From Acidobacteriota bacterium (lineage in GTDB: Bacteria > Acidobacteriota > Thermoanaerobaculia > Multivoradales > SZUA-115), in assembly GCA_003231035.1 (NCBI GenBank), contig QIHU01000122.1:1-33776 (forward strand): a DNA stretch of 33,776 nt, written 5' to 3'. Of this stretch, positions 17,413 to 25,523 are shown piece after piece. Position 1 is the stretch's first letter, and every line of letters begins with the position of its first letter. The notes under the pieces are model-generated. The model was not told the DNA's origin. It searched no databases and was given only the letters and a program-made list of their open reading frames with translations. Position numbers and translations under genes: made by a program.

Positions 17413-18420
17413 ATGGCTCCCAAGGACAAGATGGGCCGCCGGCTGCACGACTTGCGGATCTCGGTCACCGATCGTTGCAACTTCCGCTGCCCCTACTGCA
17501 TGCCGAAGGAACTCTTCGGCCCCGCCTTCGAGTTCATCCAGCGCCAGCAGCTCCTCACGTACGAGGAAATCGCCCGCCTGGCAAGAATCTTTGTCGGCCT
17601 CGGGGTCGAGAAGGTGCGCCTCACCGGCGGTGAGCCCCTCCTGCGCCGCGACCTCTCGGACCTGATCCGTCTGCTCGCCAAGCTGCCCGGCGTTCGCGAT
17701 CTCACCCTGACCACCAACGGCCTCCTGCTTCCGAAGTTCGCCACCCACCTCGCGGCCGCCGGCCTTCATCGGGTTACCGTCAGCCTCGACTCCCTCGACG
17801 ATGGGGTCTTTCGCCGGATGAACGACGTCGGGGTCGGAGTCGAAGAGATCCTCACCGGCATCGATGCCGCCCTCGCCGCCGGCCTGACGCCGCTCAAGGT
17901 CAACGCCGTCGTCCAGCGGGGGGTCAACGACCACACTCTGGTCGACCTCGCCCGCCACTTCCACGGCAGCGGAGTAATCGTGCGCTTCATCGAGTTCATG
18001 GATGTCGGCACCACCAACGGCTGGCGGCTGGACGACGTGGTGCCGGCCAGCGAGATCGTCGAATGCATCGACCGCGCCCTACCGCTTGAACCCCTGAGGG
18101 CCAACTACCCGGGCGAGGTGGCGCGGCGGTGGCGTTACCGCGACGGCGGTGGCGAGATCGGGGTGATCTCGTCGGTCACCCAGCCCTTTTGCGGCGGTTG
18201 CACCCGGGCCCGCCTCTCCCCCGAAGGCAAACTCTTCACCTGCCTCTTCGCCAGCGCCGGCCACGACCTGCGCGCCCCCTTGCGCGCCGGAGACAGCGAC
18301 GAGGAGCTGCGCCAACAACTGACCCGCCTGTGGGGCACCCGCGACGACCGCTACTCCGAGCTGCGCTCCGCCCAGACCACGCGGCAGCCACGGATCGAGA
18401 TGTCCTACATCGGCGGCTAG
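17413..18420 (+). CDS. moaA: GTP 3',8-cyclase MoaA (radical SAM, molybdenum cofactor biosynthesis)
   Basis: [18 protein letters not shown] radical-SAM CxxxCxxC cluster. C-terminal second-cluster cysteines [20 protein letters not shown]-terminal Gly-Gly. An alternative start ATG at 17431 is preceded by AAGGA. Confidence 0.93.
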   Translation: MAPKDKMGRRLHDLRISVTDRCNFRCPYCMPKELFGPAFEFIQRQQLLTYEEIARLARIFVGLGVEKVRLTGGEPLLRRDLSDLIRLLAKLPGVRDLTLTTNGLLLPKFATHLAAAGLHRVTVSLDSLDDGVFRRMNDVGVGVEEILTGIDAALAAGLTPLKVNAVVQRGVNDHTLVDLARHFHGSGVIVRFIEFMDVGTTNGWRLDDVVPASEIVECIDRALPLEPLRANYPGEVARRWRYRDGGGEIGVISSVTQPFCGGCTRARLSPEGKLFTCLFASAGHDLRAPLRAGDSDEELRQQLTRLWGTRDDRYSELRSAQTTRQPRIEMSYIGG

Positions 18421-18797
18421 TAGGTAGTAGCCGGCAGGAAGATCGCGCGCCAGAGACCGCGCCGCGCGCCAGGATTGGGCCAACTGTAACGTTCTTCCCT
18501 TGCTCCACGACCAAGGTCAATATGGAGAGAACAGGGAGCACTTCACCCACCCCATCGACCACCACACAATCGAACATGGAAACCAGAGAAAACTGGTACA
18601 ATTCGACCTACCCAAGAGTTCAGAGAACGACCCAAAGAACACGGATTTTACGGACGATAAGCCTTGTTTTCTAGGCTATTCCGAGGGGTTCCTTTCTAAT
18701 GGAACGCGTACACTTCCACTCGCCCTGGTAAGATTTGATATTCCATTATTTTAACGATGCTAGCCCTGTTCGGGCCGCGCACCGGAGGAGTCTGACC

Positions 18798-19067
18798 ATG
18801 GAAACAGTCACGATTCGTAGCAAGATCAAAGAGATCATCTCTAACATCACCAGCATCGAGACCGGCGAGATCCGAGACTCGGCCTCGTTTGTGGACGACC
18901 TTGATCTCGACTCGCTCTCGATGCTCGAGATCGGCGTCGATGTCGCTTACGAATTCAAGCTTGAGATCCCCGAGGAAGAACTCTCCCAACTGCGCACCTT
19001 GAACGATTCAGTCGCCTTGGTCGAGAGCTACCTCAGCCGGCAGGAGCCGCAAGTCAAGGCGAGCTGA
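18798..19067 (+). CDS. acyl carrier protein
   Basis: 89 aa. GGAGGAG RBS at 18784-18790. Phosphopantetheine attachment motif DDLDLDSLSMLEI. The listed ORF start at 18735 lies upstream in AT-rich non-coding sequence. Confidence 0.85.
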   Translation: METVTIRSKIKEIISNITSIETGEIRDSASFVDDLDLDSLSMLEIGVDVAYEFKLEIPEEELSQLRTLNDSVALVESYLSRQEPQVKAS

Positions 19068-19068
19068 G

Positions 19069-20295
19069 GTGGTTGCCCAGCCCCGTATTGTCGTCACCGG
19101 CTTAGGTCTGGTGACCCCGGTAGCGACGGGCCGCCGCCAGACTTGGGAGCGCTTGCTGGCTGGTGCCGATGGGATCAGCCCGGTCCAGTCGTTCAGCACT
19201 GAGAAGTTCAACGTTCACCTCGGCGCCGAAGTCCATGACTTCGCTGCCGCCGATCACTTACGGAACCTCGATCCGACCACCCTAGGCCGCGCCTCGCAAT
19301 TGGCGGCGGCCGCCGCCCGGCTAGCCCTCGACGACGCCCGCATCGACCCGGCCAGCCTCGACCCCAACCGGGCGGGAGTAGCCCTCGGCACGACCTCCGG
19401 CGAGCCCCTCGAGGTCGAGCGATTCGATGATCGCCTCGTCGCCGATCAGCTCGATCGCGTGGGGGACGAATTCATCCGCCTCTATCCCTGCCACATGATC
19501 GCCGCGCATGTGGCGGCGGAAGTCGGCTTCGCCGGGGTCAATACGATGATCCCGACCGCCTGTGCCGCCGGCAACTACGCCATCGCCCACGCCAGCGACG
19601 CTCTGCGCTGGGATCGCGCCGAGGTCATGCTGGCCGGCGGCGCGGATTCCTTTTCGCGTATCACCTATACCGGCTTCGCACGCCTCGGAGCCATTGCGCC
19701 AGAGCTCTGCCAACCGTTCGACCGCGATCGCAAGGGGATGATCCCTGGCGAAGGGGCGGCGATCCTCGTCCTCGAGACCCTGGAACGGGCTCTCGCTCGC
19801 AATGCCACCATCTATGCCGAAGTGGCCGGCTATGGACTGACTTGTGACGCCCATCACATGACCGCCGCCCACCCGGAAGGCGAAGGCGCGCTACGAGCGA
19901 TGACGGCGGCGCTCAACGAAAGTGGCTTGCACCCGGACGCGGTGAGCTACATCAGCGCTCACGGTACGGGAACACCGACCAACGACCGCCTCGAATCCAA
20001 GGCCTTTCGCCGCCTCTTCGGTACCCGGTCCAAGCGCACGCCGACCAGCTCGATCAAGTCGATGATCGGCCACACCATGGGTGCCGCATCGGCGATCGAA
20101 GCCGCCGTCTGCGCCCTGGCGGTGGCTGAGAATCGCGTGCCGCCCACGATGAACTTTCGCCAACCCGACCCGGATTGCGATCTCGATTGCATCGCCAACG
20201 AGGCGCGGGAGATGCCGGTCGAGGTGGCGATGAATAACGCTTACGCCTTCGGTGGAAACAACGCCTCCGTGATCTTCAGAAAGTGCCACCCATGA
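19069..20295 (+). CDS. beta-ketoacyl-ACP synthase (KS-alpha / FabF-like), catalytically complete
   Basis: Cys-His-His triad present: PTACAAGNYAI, CDAHHMTAAHP, SAHGTGTPTND. Also IKSMIGHTMGAASAIE and YAFGGNNAS. The GTG start is 1 nt after the ACP stop. Confidence 0.9.
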   Translation: MVAQPRIVVTGLGLVTPVATGRRQTWERLLAGADGISPVQSFSTEKFNVHLGAEVHDFAAADHLRNLDPTTLGRASQLAAAAARLALDDARIDPASLDPNRAGVALGTTSGEPLEVERFDDRLVADQLDRVGDEFIRLYPCHMIAAHVAAEVGFAGVNTMIPTACAAGNYAIAHASDALRWDRAEVMLAGGADSFSRITYTGFARLGAIAPELCQPFDRDRKGMIPGEGAAILVLETLERALARNATIYAEVAGYGLTCDAHHMTAAHPEGEGALRAMTAALNESGLHPDAVSYISAHGTGTPTNDRLESKAFRRLFGTRSKRTPTSSIKSMIGHTMGAASAIEAAVCALAVAENRVPPTMNFRQPDPDCDLDCIANEAREMPVEVAMNNAYAFGGNNASVIFRKCHP

Positions 20296-21605
20296 AGCCA
20301 TCACAAGCCACTCAACGAATCGCGAAACGGGTGGTGATCACCGGCATTGGCCTGGTCACTCCATTGGGGGATGATCCCGAAGAACTCTTCGCCGCTCTGT
20401 GCGACGGTCGTAGCGGTGTTGCCACCATCGAAAACTTCGACACCGAGTTGCTGCCCTACCGACAGGGGGGCGAGATTCGCGATTTCAAGCCCGCCGACTA
20501 CCTTGGAAGCAAGAACCTGCGTCCGCTGGACCGCACCGGTCGTTTGGCCGCGGCTGCCGCTCACAACGCACTCCTTGACGCCGGATGGAGCGAGGAAGCG
20601 CGCGCCGATCACACAATCGGCCTGGTTCTAGGTACACTCTTCGGAAGTGTTCACACCATTTCGCAATTCGACTGCCGAGCCTTAACAGCAGGACCGATGT
20701 ACGCCAAGCCACTCGACTTCGCCAACAGCGTGATCAACGCGGCGGCGGGCCAGACCGCCATCTGGCATCGGCTGCCGGGGGTCAACACCACCATTGCCGG
20801 TGGTCCCGCGGCAGGACTGCAAGCGCTGGGTTATGCCGCCGACCTGATCAGCAGCGGTCGCGCCAAGATCCTGCTGGCGGGCGGAGCGGATGAGATGTGT
20901 TACGAGTCCTACGTCGGGTACCACCGGGGCGGGCTGGTCTGTGGAGGCACCGGAAACGCGGGCTCGGCCTCACGGCAGCCACCACACCCCATCCCCTTCG
21001 ACGGCCGGCGCAACGGCTTTGCTCCCGCCGAGGGCGCCGCCTTCCTGGTCTTGGAAGAGGAAGAGGCGGCTCGCCAGCGCGGAGCTCGGATCCTAGCCAC
21101 GGTGCGGGGCCACGCCACCACCTTTGACACCTCTCTGGCCACCGACACCGCCGCCACCAGCGCCAGTTTGAGCCGCGCCGTGGGGCAGGCACTCGCCCGA
21201 GCGCAATGCACCGTGGACGAGATATCCGCCGTCAGCGCCTCGGCCAACGGGGCCGTACGCGGAGACGCGGTGGAGGCCACGGCCCTTGCCGACGCCTTAG
21301 CCAATCGAACCGACGCAGTGCCGATCACCGCCATCAAATCGATGCTCGGCGAACCGATGGGGGCCGGCGGCGCCCTGCAAGTCGCCACTCTGGTCACTTC
21401 GTTGGCCCACCGCACCCTGCCAGGGATCGCCGGCTTCTCGCAACCGGAAAAAGCGGTAACCCTCGGCGGTTTGAGCGCCGAGACCCGGAAGCTACCCCAG
21501 AGCCGCGCCCCGATCGGTCTGGCCACGGCTCTGGGATTACAAGGTCCCAGCGCCGCCCTGCTGATTGAAGGTGGCGCCGACGACGGTACCTCGCACCATG
21601 TCTAG
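20292..21605 (+). CDS. ketosynthase-like partner lacking the catalytic triad (chain-length-factor/KS-beta-like)
   Basis: KS fold start KRVVITGIGLVTPLG. By-eye alignment to the upstream KS gives TIAGGPAAG for TACAAG (Cys to Pro), FDTSLAT for DAHHMTA, and SASANGA for SAHGTGT (both His lost). The ATG shares ATGA with the KS stop. Confidence 0.8.
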   Translation: MKPSQATQRIAKRVVITGIGLVTPLGDDPEELFAALCDGRSGVATIENFDTELLPYRQGGEIRDFKPADYLGSKNLRPLDRTGRLAAAAAHNALLDAGWSEEARADHTIGLVLGTLFGSVHTISQFDCRALTAGPMYAKPLDFANSVINAAAGQTAIWHRLPGVNTTIAGGPAAGLQALGYAADLISSGRAKILLAGGADEMCYESYVGYHRGGLVCGGTGNAGSASRQPPHPIPFDGRRNGFAPAEGAAFLVLEEEEAARQRGARILATVRGHATTFDTSLATDTAATSASLSRAVGQALARAQCTVDEISAVSASANGAVRGDAVEATALADALANRTDAVPITAIKSMLGEPMGAGGALQVATLVTSLAHRTLPGIAGFSQPEKAVTLGGLSAETRKLPQSRAPIGLATALGLQGPSAALLIEGGADDGTSHHV

Positions 21606-23433
21606 GGACAGTCAGTCCGACGCACCCCCTACCCCCCTGACGCTGAGGCGACACTACGACGTAGTGATTCTCGGCGCCGGCATGGCTGGCCTCACCCTGG
21701 CCCGCCAGCTCTTGCTCGAGACCGACAAGAGCATCCTAATCCTCGACCGGCGCAGTCAGCTTCCCTCCGCCGCCCAGAAGGTCGGCGAATCGACGGTACA
21801 GCTCGCCGGCTACTACCTGTCCAAGGTCTTGGAGCTCGAAGAGCATCTGCTCACCGAGCACTGGATGAAGTACAACCTTCGCTTCCACTGGCCCACCCAA
21901 GGTCACCGCAACACCGGTATCGAAGACTACTCTCAGACCTTCATCCGCAAGTTCTCCAACATCGCCAGCTACCAGGTAGACCGCAACCGGCTCGAAGCCG
22001 AGTTGCTGAGACTCAACCGCGCCGACGATCGGTTCACTCTGATCTCGCCCACTCGGAAACTGGACGTGGTGCTCACCGAGGGCGCCGTCGAGCCCCACCG
22101 AGTGCGCTTCGCCGTCGGCCGCGGCTCCGGCGGACGATTGCGCAGTGTGACCGCCGATTGGGTGGTGGACTGCTCCGGTCGCCGCCGTTTCCTGGCTCGC
22201 AAACTGGGCCTAACTCGCGATCTCGATCTACCCCACGGTGCCTCCTTTCTGTGGGTCGAAGGGCTGCTTAACCTTGAAACGTTGACCGATCAGTCGACGA
22301 GCCAAGCCCGCCTGCATCGCAGCCGGCGCCAGCTAGGGCACCTTCCTACCTGGCTTGCCACCAACCATTTCGTCGGCCAAGGTTTCTGGCTTTGGTTGAT
22401 CCCCTTGCGCGGCGGCACCAGCATCGGCCTGACCTACGATCAGGCTGAGATTTCGCACCATGAAGTTTCGAGCGCTGAGAAGCTGGTGGGGTGGATCTGC
22501 AAGAAGTTTCCTCTCTTCGCGCGCGACCTTCCCCAGCGCAAGATCCGCCATTACGGAGCCTTCCTCAACTTTTCGTACGACTGCGCCCGAACCCTATCGG
22601 CCGATCGTTGGGCGATGTCGGGCGAAGCCGGCCGCTTTTCAGACCCCCTGTACAGCCCCGGTTCCGATCTCATCGCGCTGCACAACACCTTGATCATCGA
22701 TGCCATCACAACCCGCGACCCCGGTGAACTCAAGGGCAAAGTCAAGGGGTATGAAAACTTGCTGCGAGCCCTGTTCGAGGCCTACCTGCCTAGTTTCACC
22801 ACTAGCTACAACGCCCTGGGTGACCCCGAGACCTTCGTTCTCAAGTACACCTGGGAGCTGACCATCTACTTCGCTTTCTACGTCTTCCCCTTCATCAACG
22901 ACCTGTTCACCCAGCGCCGTTTCACCCTCGCTTTTCTCAACCGCTTCAGCCAACTCGGGCCGCTCAACCACAACATGCAGGCCCTCCTCAGCGACTTCTA
23001 CAACTGGAAGAAGGCCGCCGGCAGACTGGGAACCGAGGAACCGCTCTTCGTCGATTTCTTGGACATCGGCCCGCTCGGCAAGGCGGAGAAGACCTTTTAC
23101 CAAGTGGGCCTCGACGTCGACCAAGCCAAGAAGGTCCTGAACCAGCAGCTGGCCAATCTGCAAGAGCTCAGCCGCTACTTGGTGGCCTACATCTGCGCCG
23201 CGGTGGTCGGCAACGCTGGTCTACTGACCAACGCTGCCTTTGTCGAGTCCCTCGACCCCGCCAAGTTCAAGTTTGACCCGCGTGAGATCCGCCATCGATG
23301 GCGCCAATGCGTTAGCCGCCAAGCCCCGTACGCGTGGTCGTTCGATCCCTGGACGCTCGAAATGTTTCGACACAAATCACCCTTCACCGTCCCCGCCCCC
23401 CAACCCAGCCTCGCCGCGGAAGGTGGCCCATGA
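21598..23433 (+). CDS. flavin-dependent halogenase (tryptophan-halogenase family)
   Basis: FAD fold YDVVILGAGMAGLTLA. Conserved Lys context AQKVGESTV. Halogenase signature GFWLWLIPL (WxWxIP). FSDPLYSPGSDL motif. There is a long C-terminal extension of roughly 200 aa. ATG at 21598 overlaps the upstream stop by 8 nt. Confidence 0.8.
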   Translation: MSRDSQSDAPPTPLTLRRHYDVVILGAGMAGLTLARQLLLETDKSILILDRRSQLPSAAQKVGESTVQLAGYYLSKVLELEEHLLTEHWMKYNLRFHWPTQGHRNTGIEDYSQTFIRKFSNIASYQVDRNRLEAELLRLNRADDRFTLISPTRKLDVVLTEGAVEPHRVRFAVGRGSGGRLRSVTADWVVDCSGRRRFLARKLGLTRDLDLPHGASFLWVEGLLNLETLTDQSTSQARLHRSRRQLGHLPTWLATNHFVGQGFWLWLIPLRGGTSIGLTYDQAEISHHEVSSAEKLVGWICKKFPLFARDLPQRKIRHYGAFLNFSYDCARTLSADRWAMSGEAGRFSDPLYSPGSDLIALHNTLIIDAITTRDPGELKGKVKGYENLLRALFEAYLPSFTTSYNALGDPETFVLKYTWELTIYFAFYVFPFINDLFTQRRFTLAFLNRFSQLGPLNHNMQALLSDFYNWKKAAGRLGTEEPLFVDFLDIGPLGKAEKTFYQVGLDVDQAKKVLNQQLANLQELSRYLVAYICAAVVGNAGLLTNAAFVESLDPAKFKFDPREIRHRWRQCVSRQAPYAWSFDPWTLEMFRHKSPFTVPAPQPSLAAEGGP

Positions 23434-24866
23434 GCGATTTCGCGCCCGGTCTCGAGAAAGCCTTTCTTCACGTCCCCACGGAGGGCACCCAATCGATCAC
23501 CCCCACCGGCACCATTCCCGACTGGTTGCGCGGCACCTACTACCTCAACGGACCGGCCCGCTTCGTGCGCGGCGACTTTCACTACCGGCACTGGCTCGAC
23601 GGCGATGGCATGGTCTGCCGGCTCGCCTTTGAAGCCGAGGGCATCACCCTGACTCAGCGCTACGTCCAGACCACCAAGTTGGTGGACGAAGAGGCGGCGG
23701 GCCAGCCGCTCTATCGCACCTTCGGCACCGCCTTTGAGGACGATCGCCTGCTGCACCGGGTGGCCATCGCCTCACCGGTCAATGTCAGTGTCTACCCCTT
23801 TGCCGGCAAGCTGCTGGCTTTCGGCGAGCAGGGTCTACCGTGGGAACTCGACCCCGTCACCTTGGAAACCAAGGGCGAACACACCTTCAACCGTCGAATC
23901 AACGCGATCAGTCCCTTTTCGGCCCACGCCCATTTCGATGGCGATACGGGCGAGATGTTCAACTTCGGCGTCTCCTACGCCACCGCGCAGCCGAGTCTTA
24001 CCCTCTACCGTTTCACCGCCGATGGCAAGCTCGCCCAGCGTCGGCGCTTGCCGCTCGCGGCCCCCTACTCGATGCACGATTTCGGCCTCACCCCACACTA
24101 CGCCATCTTCTATCTGGCGCCCTACCTGCTCGATGCCACCGCCTTGATGCAAGAGGGCGCGACCATCCAGAGCGCCCTGAACTGGCAGCCGGAACAGGGT
24201 AGCCGCTTGTTGATTGTCGACCGCGAGAGCGGCAAAGAGGTGGCGAGCCTGCCGGTGGGAAATCGCTACTGCCTCCACCAGATCAACTGTTTCGAAGAGG
24301 AAGAGCGCTTGATCTTCGACCTGCTCGAACTTGAAGAACCGGCCTACCCAGACTACGAGACCATCCCCGACCTCTTCGTCGACGTAGCCCCTTGTCACCC
24401 CGTGCGCCTGGTGGTGGACGTCGGCCAGGGCACCCTGAGCGAACGCCGAGAGATCGAGTTCCAACTCGCCGGAGACTTTCCCACCCATCACCCCAACCTG
24501 GCGGGCCGCGCCTACCGCCACTTCTGGATCCTCGCCATCAAAGATACCGGTCGCCAAGGCCGCAAATTCTTCGACCGCCTGGTCCACTTCGACTGGCAAG
24601 CCGGTGGCTCCAAACAGGGGGGCATCGTCGAGCACTACCAGGCTCCTCGGGACAAAGTGCTTGGCGGAGAACCGGTCTTCATTCCCCATCCCACCCGCGA
24701 CGACATCGGCACGATCCTCTGCCAGGAATTCGACACCGAAACCTCCAGCGGCGCCTTCCTCCTCTTCGACGCCTTCGACTTGGCCCAAGGCCCCATCGCC
24801 CGTCTGCCGCTCGCCAGCCCGGTGCACCTGGGCTTCCACGCTTGCTGGCAAGCGCAAGAAACCTAA
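23430..24866 (+). CDS. carotenoid/stilbene cleavage-type dioxygenase (RPE65/CCD family)
   Basis: N-terminus IPDWLRGTYYLNGPARF...WLDGDGMV. Four-His iron-ligand pattern FSAHAHFD, MHDFGLTPHY, CLHQINCFEE, HLGFHACW. ATG at 23430 shares ATGA with the halogenase stop. The first 32 codons of the listed ORF are an off-gene extension. Confidence 0.85.
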   Translation: MSDFAPGLEKAFLHVPTEGTQSITPTGTIPDWLRGTYYLNGPARFVRGDFHYRHWLDGDGMVCRLAFEAEGITLTQRYVQTTKLVDEEAAGQPLYRTFGTAFEDDRLLHRVAIASPVNVSVYPFAGKLLAFGEQGLPWELDPVTLETKGEHTFNRRINAISPFSAHAHFDGDTGEMFNFGVSYATAQPSLTLYRFTADGKLAQRRRLPLAAPYSMHDFGLTPHYAIFYLAPYLLDATALMQEGATIQSALNWQPEQGSRLLIVDRESGKEVASLPVGNRYCLHQINCFEEEERLIFDLLELEEPAYPDYETIPDLFVDVAPCHPVRLVVDVGQGTLSERREIEFQLAGDFPTHHPNLAGRAYRHFWILAIKDTGRQGRKFFDRLVHFDWQAGGSKQGGIVEHYQAPRDKVLGGEPVFIPHPTRDDIGTILCQEFDTETSSGAFLLFDAFDLAQGPIARLPLASPVHLGFHACWQAQET

Positions 24867-24908
24867 GAACCCCGCAACGAGAGCCCACGAAGGCGGTAGA
24901 ATGCAGGT

Positions 24909-25178
24909 GTGAGCCCTTTTCCCAGCGGCAGCGCCTACAACATGAGCCGAACCATCGCCAACGGCCACCTTCGCGTCTCCGAACAGACCTTTCGTCGCCT
25001 CTCCCCCGCTGAGATGGACGGTTTGAACCACTCCATCCTCGCCCTGCAACGAGAGATCCGCGGCGAACACGCCACCAGCACCGATCCCCTGGCCATCCAA
25101 GCCCGCGCCCGACAGCTTCAACGCTTGCGCCACACCCTGATGATGCTCTCCACCTATCGCAAGAACTTCAAACGATAA
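24909..25178 (+). CDS. small hypothetical protein (helical, basic C-terminus)
   Basis: ORF with GTG at 24909 or ATG at 24942, 42 nt after the dioxygenase stop. No recognisable motif and no clear SD. A TAGAAT hexamer at 24897-24902 sits just upstream. Weak call. Confidence 0.3.
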   Translation: MSPFPSGSAYNMSRTIANGHLRVSEQTFRRLSPAEMDGLNHSILALQREIRGEHATSTDPLAIQARARQLQRLRHTLMMLSTYRKNFKR

Positions 25179-25208
25179 GGGCGGGCGGCACAACGAAGGC
25201 TCACCCGG

Positions 25209-25228
25209 AACGGGGCGCCACCCGTTTT
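25209..25228 (+). terminator. weak hairpin plus short T-run
   Basis: aacggg-gcgcca-cccgtttt, located after the small ORF stop (25178). Confidence 0.3.
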
Positions 25229-25283
25229 GGGAACACACGAGCACTGAGGCCGAAAGCGAACCCAGCCGTATAATAGGCTCATC

Positions 25284-25523
25284 ATGACGGCAGCTACGGC
25301 AAAACCCACCCTTCGTCGGCGCCCAGTAGTCGAGGGTGTGAGCAACGAAATGGCCCGCGTGCTTTCTAAAAAGAGCGGTGCGGAACGTCTGGCCATTGCG
25401 GCCGCGATGTTTCGATCGGCTCGGCGGATGATCGAGAGCCACCTGCGCACCGAGCATCCTGAGTGGAGTTCCGAACAGCTCCGGACCGAGGTCGCTCACA
25501 GGCTAGCTCATGGAGCAAGATGA
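25284..25523 (+). CDS. small helical protein, probable partner of the downstream nucleotidyltransferase
   Basis: 79 aa with an ATG start. The 3' end overlaps the next gene by 14 nt. No catalytic motif. GC is lower than in the flanks. Confidence 0.45.
   Translation: MTAATAKPTLRRRPVVEGVSNEMARVLSKKSGAERLAIAAAMFRSARRMIESHLRTEHPEWSSEQLRTEVAHRLAHGAR

Noticed and set aside
17268-17964. ORFs 17268..17633 (+) and 17320..17964 (-) around the moaA start
   Set aside because: They overlap the moaA leader or coding region in the wrong frame or strand. They have no motifs, whereas the moaA frame is unambiguous.
18500-18754. 84-aa TTG-initiated ORF in the AT-rich spacer before the ACP gene
   Set aside because: It has no SD, a non-ATG start and no recognisable motif, and it lies in a region whose composition looks non-coding. 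Kept only as a caveat in the finding on that spacer.
23835-25499. 554-aa minus-strand ORF, the longest unexplained ORF in the track
   Set aside because: It is antisense to the dioxygenase gene and the following small genes. Its composition is Gly/Ala/Val/Glu-rich with no motifs. The plus strand carries clear CCD-family homology.
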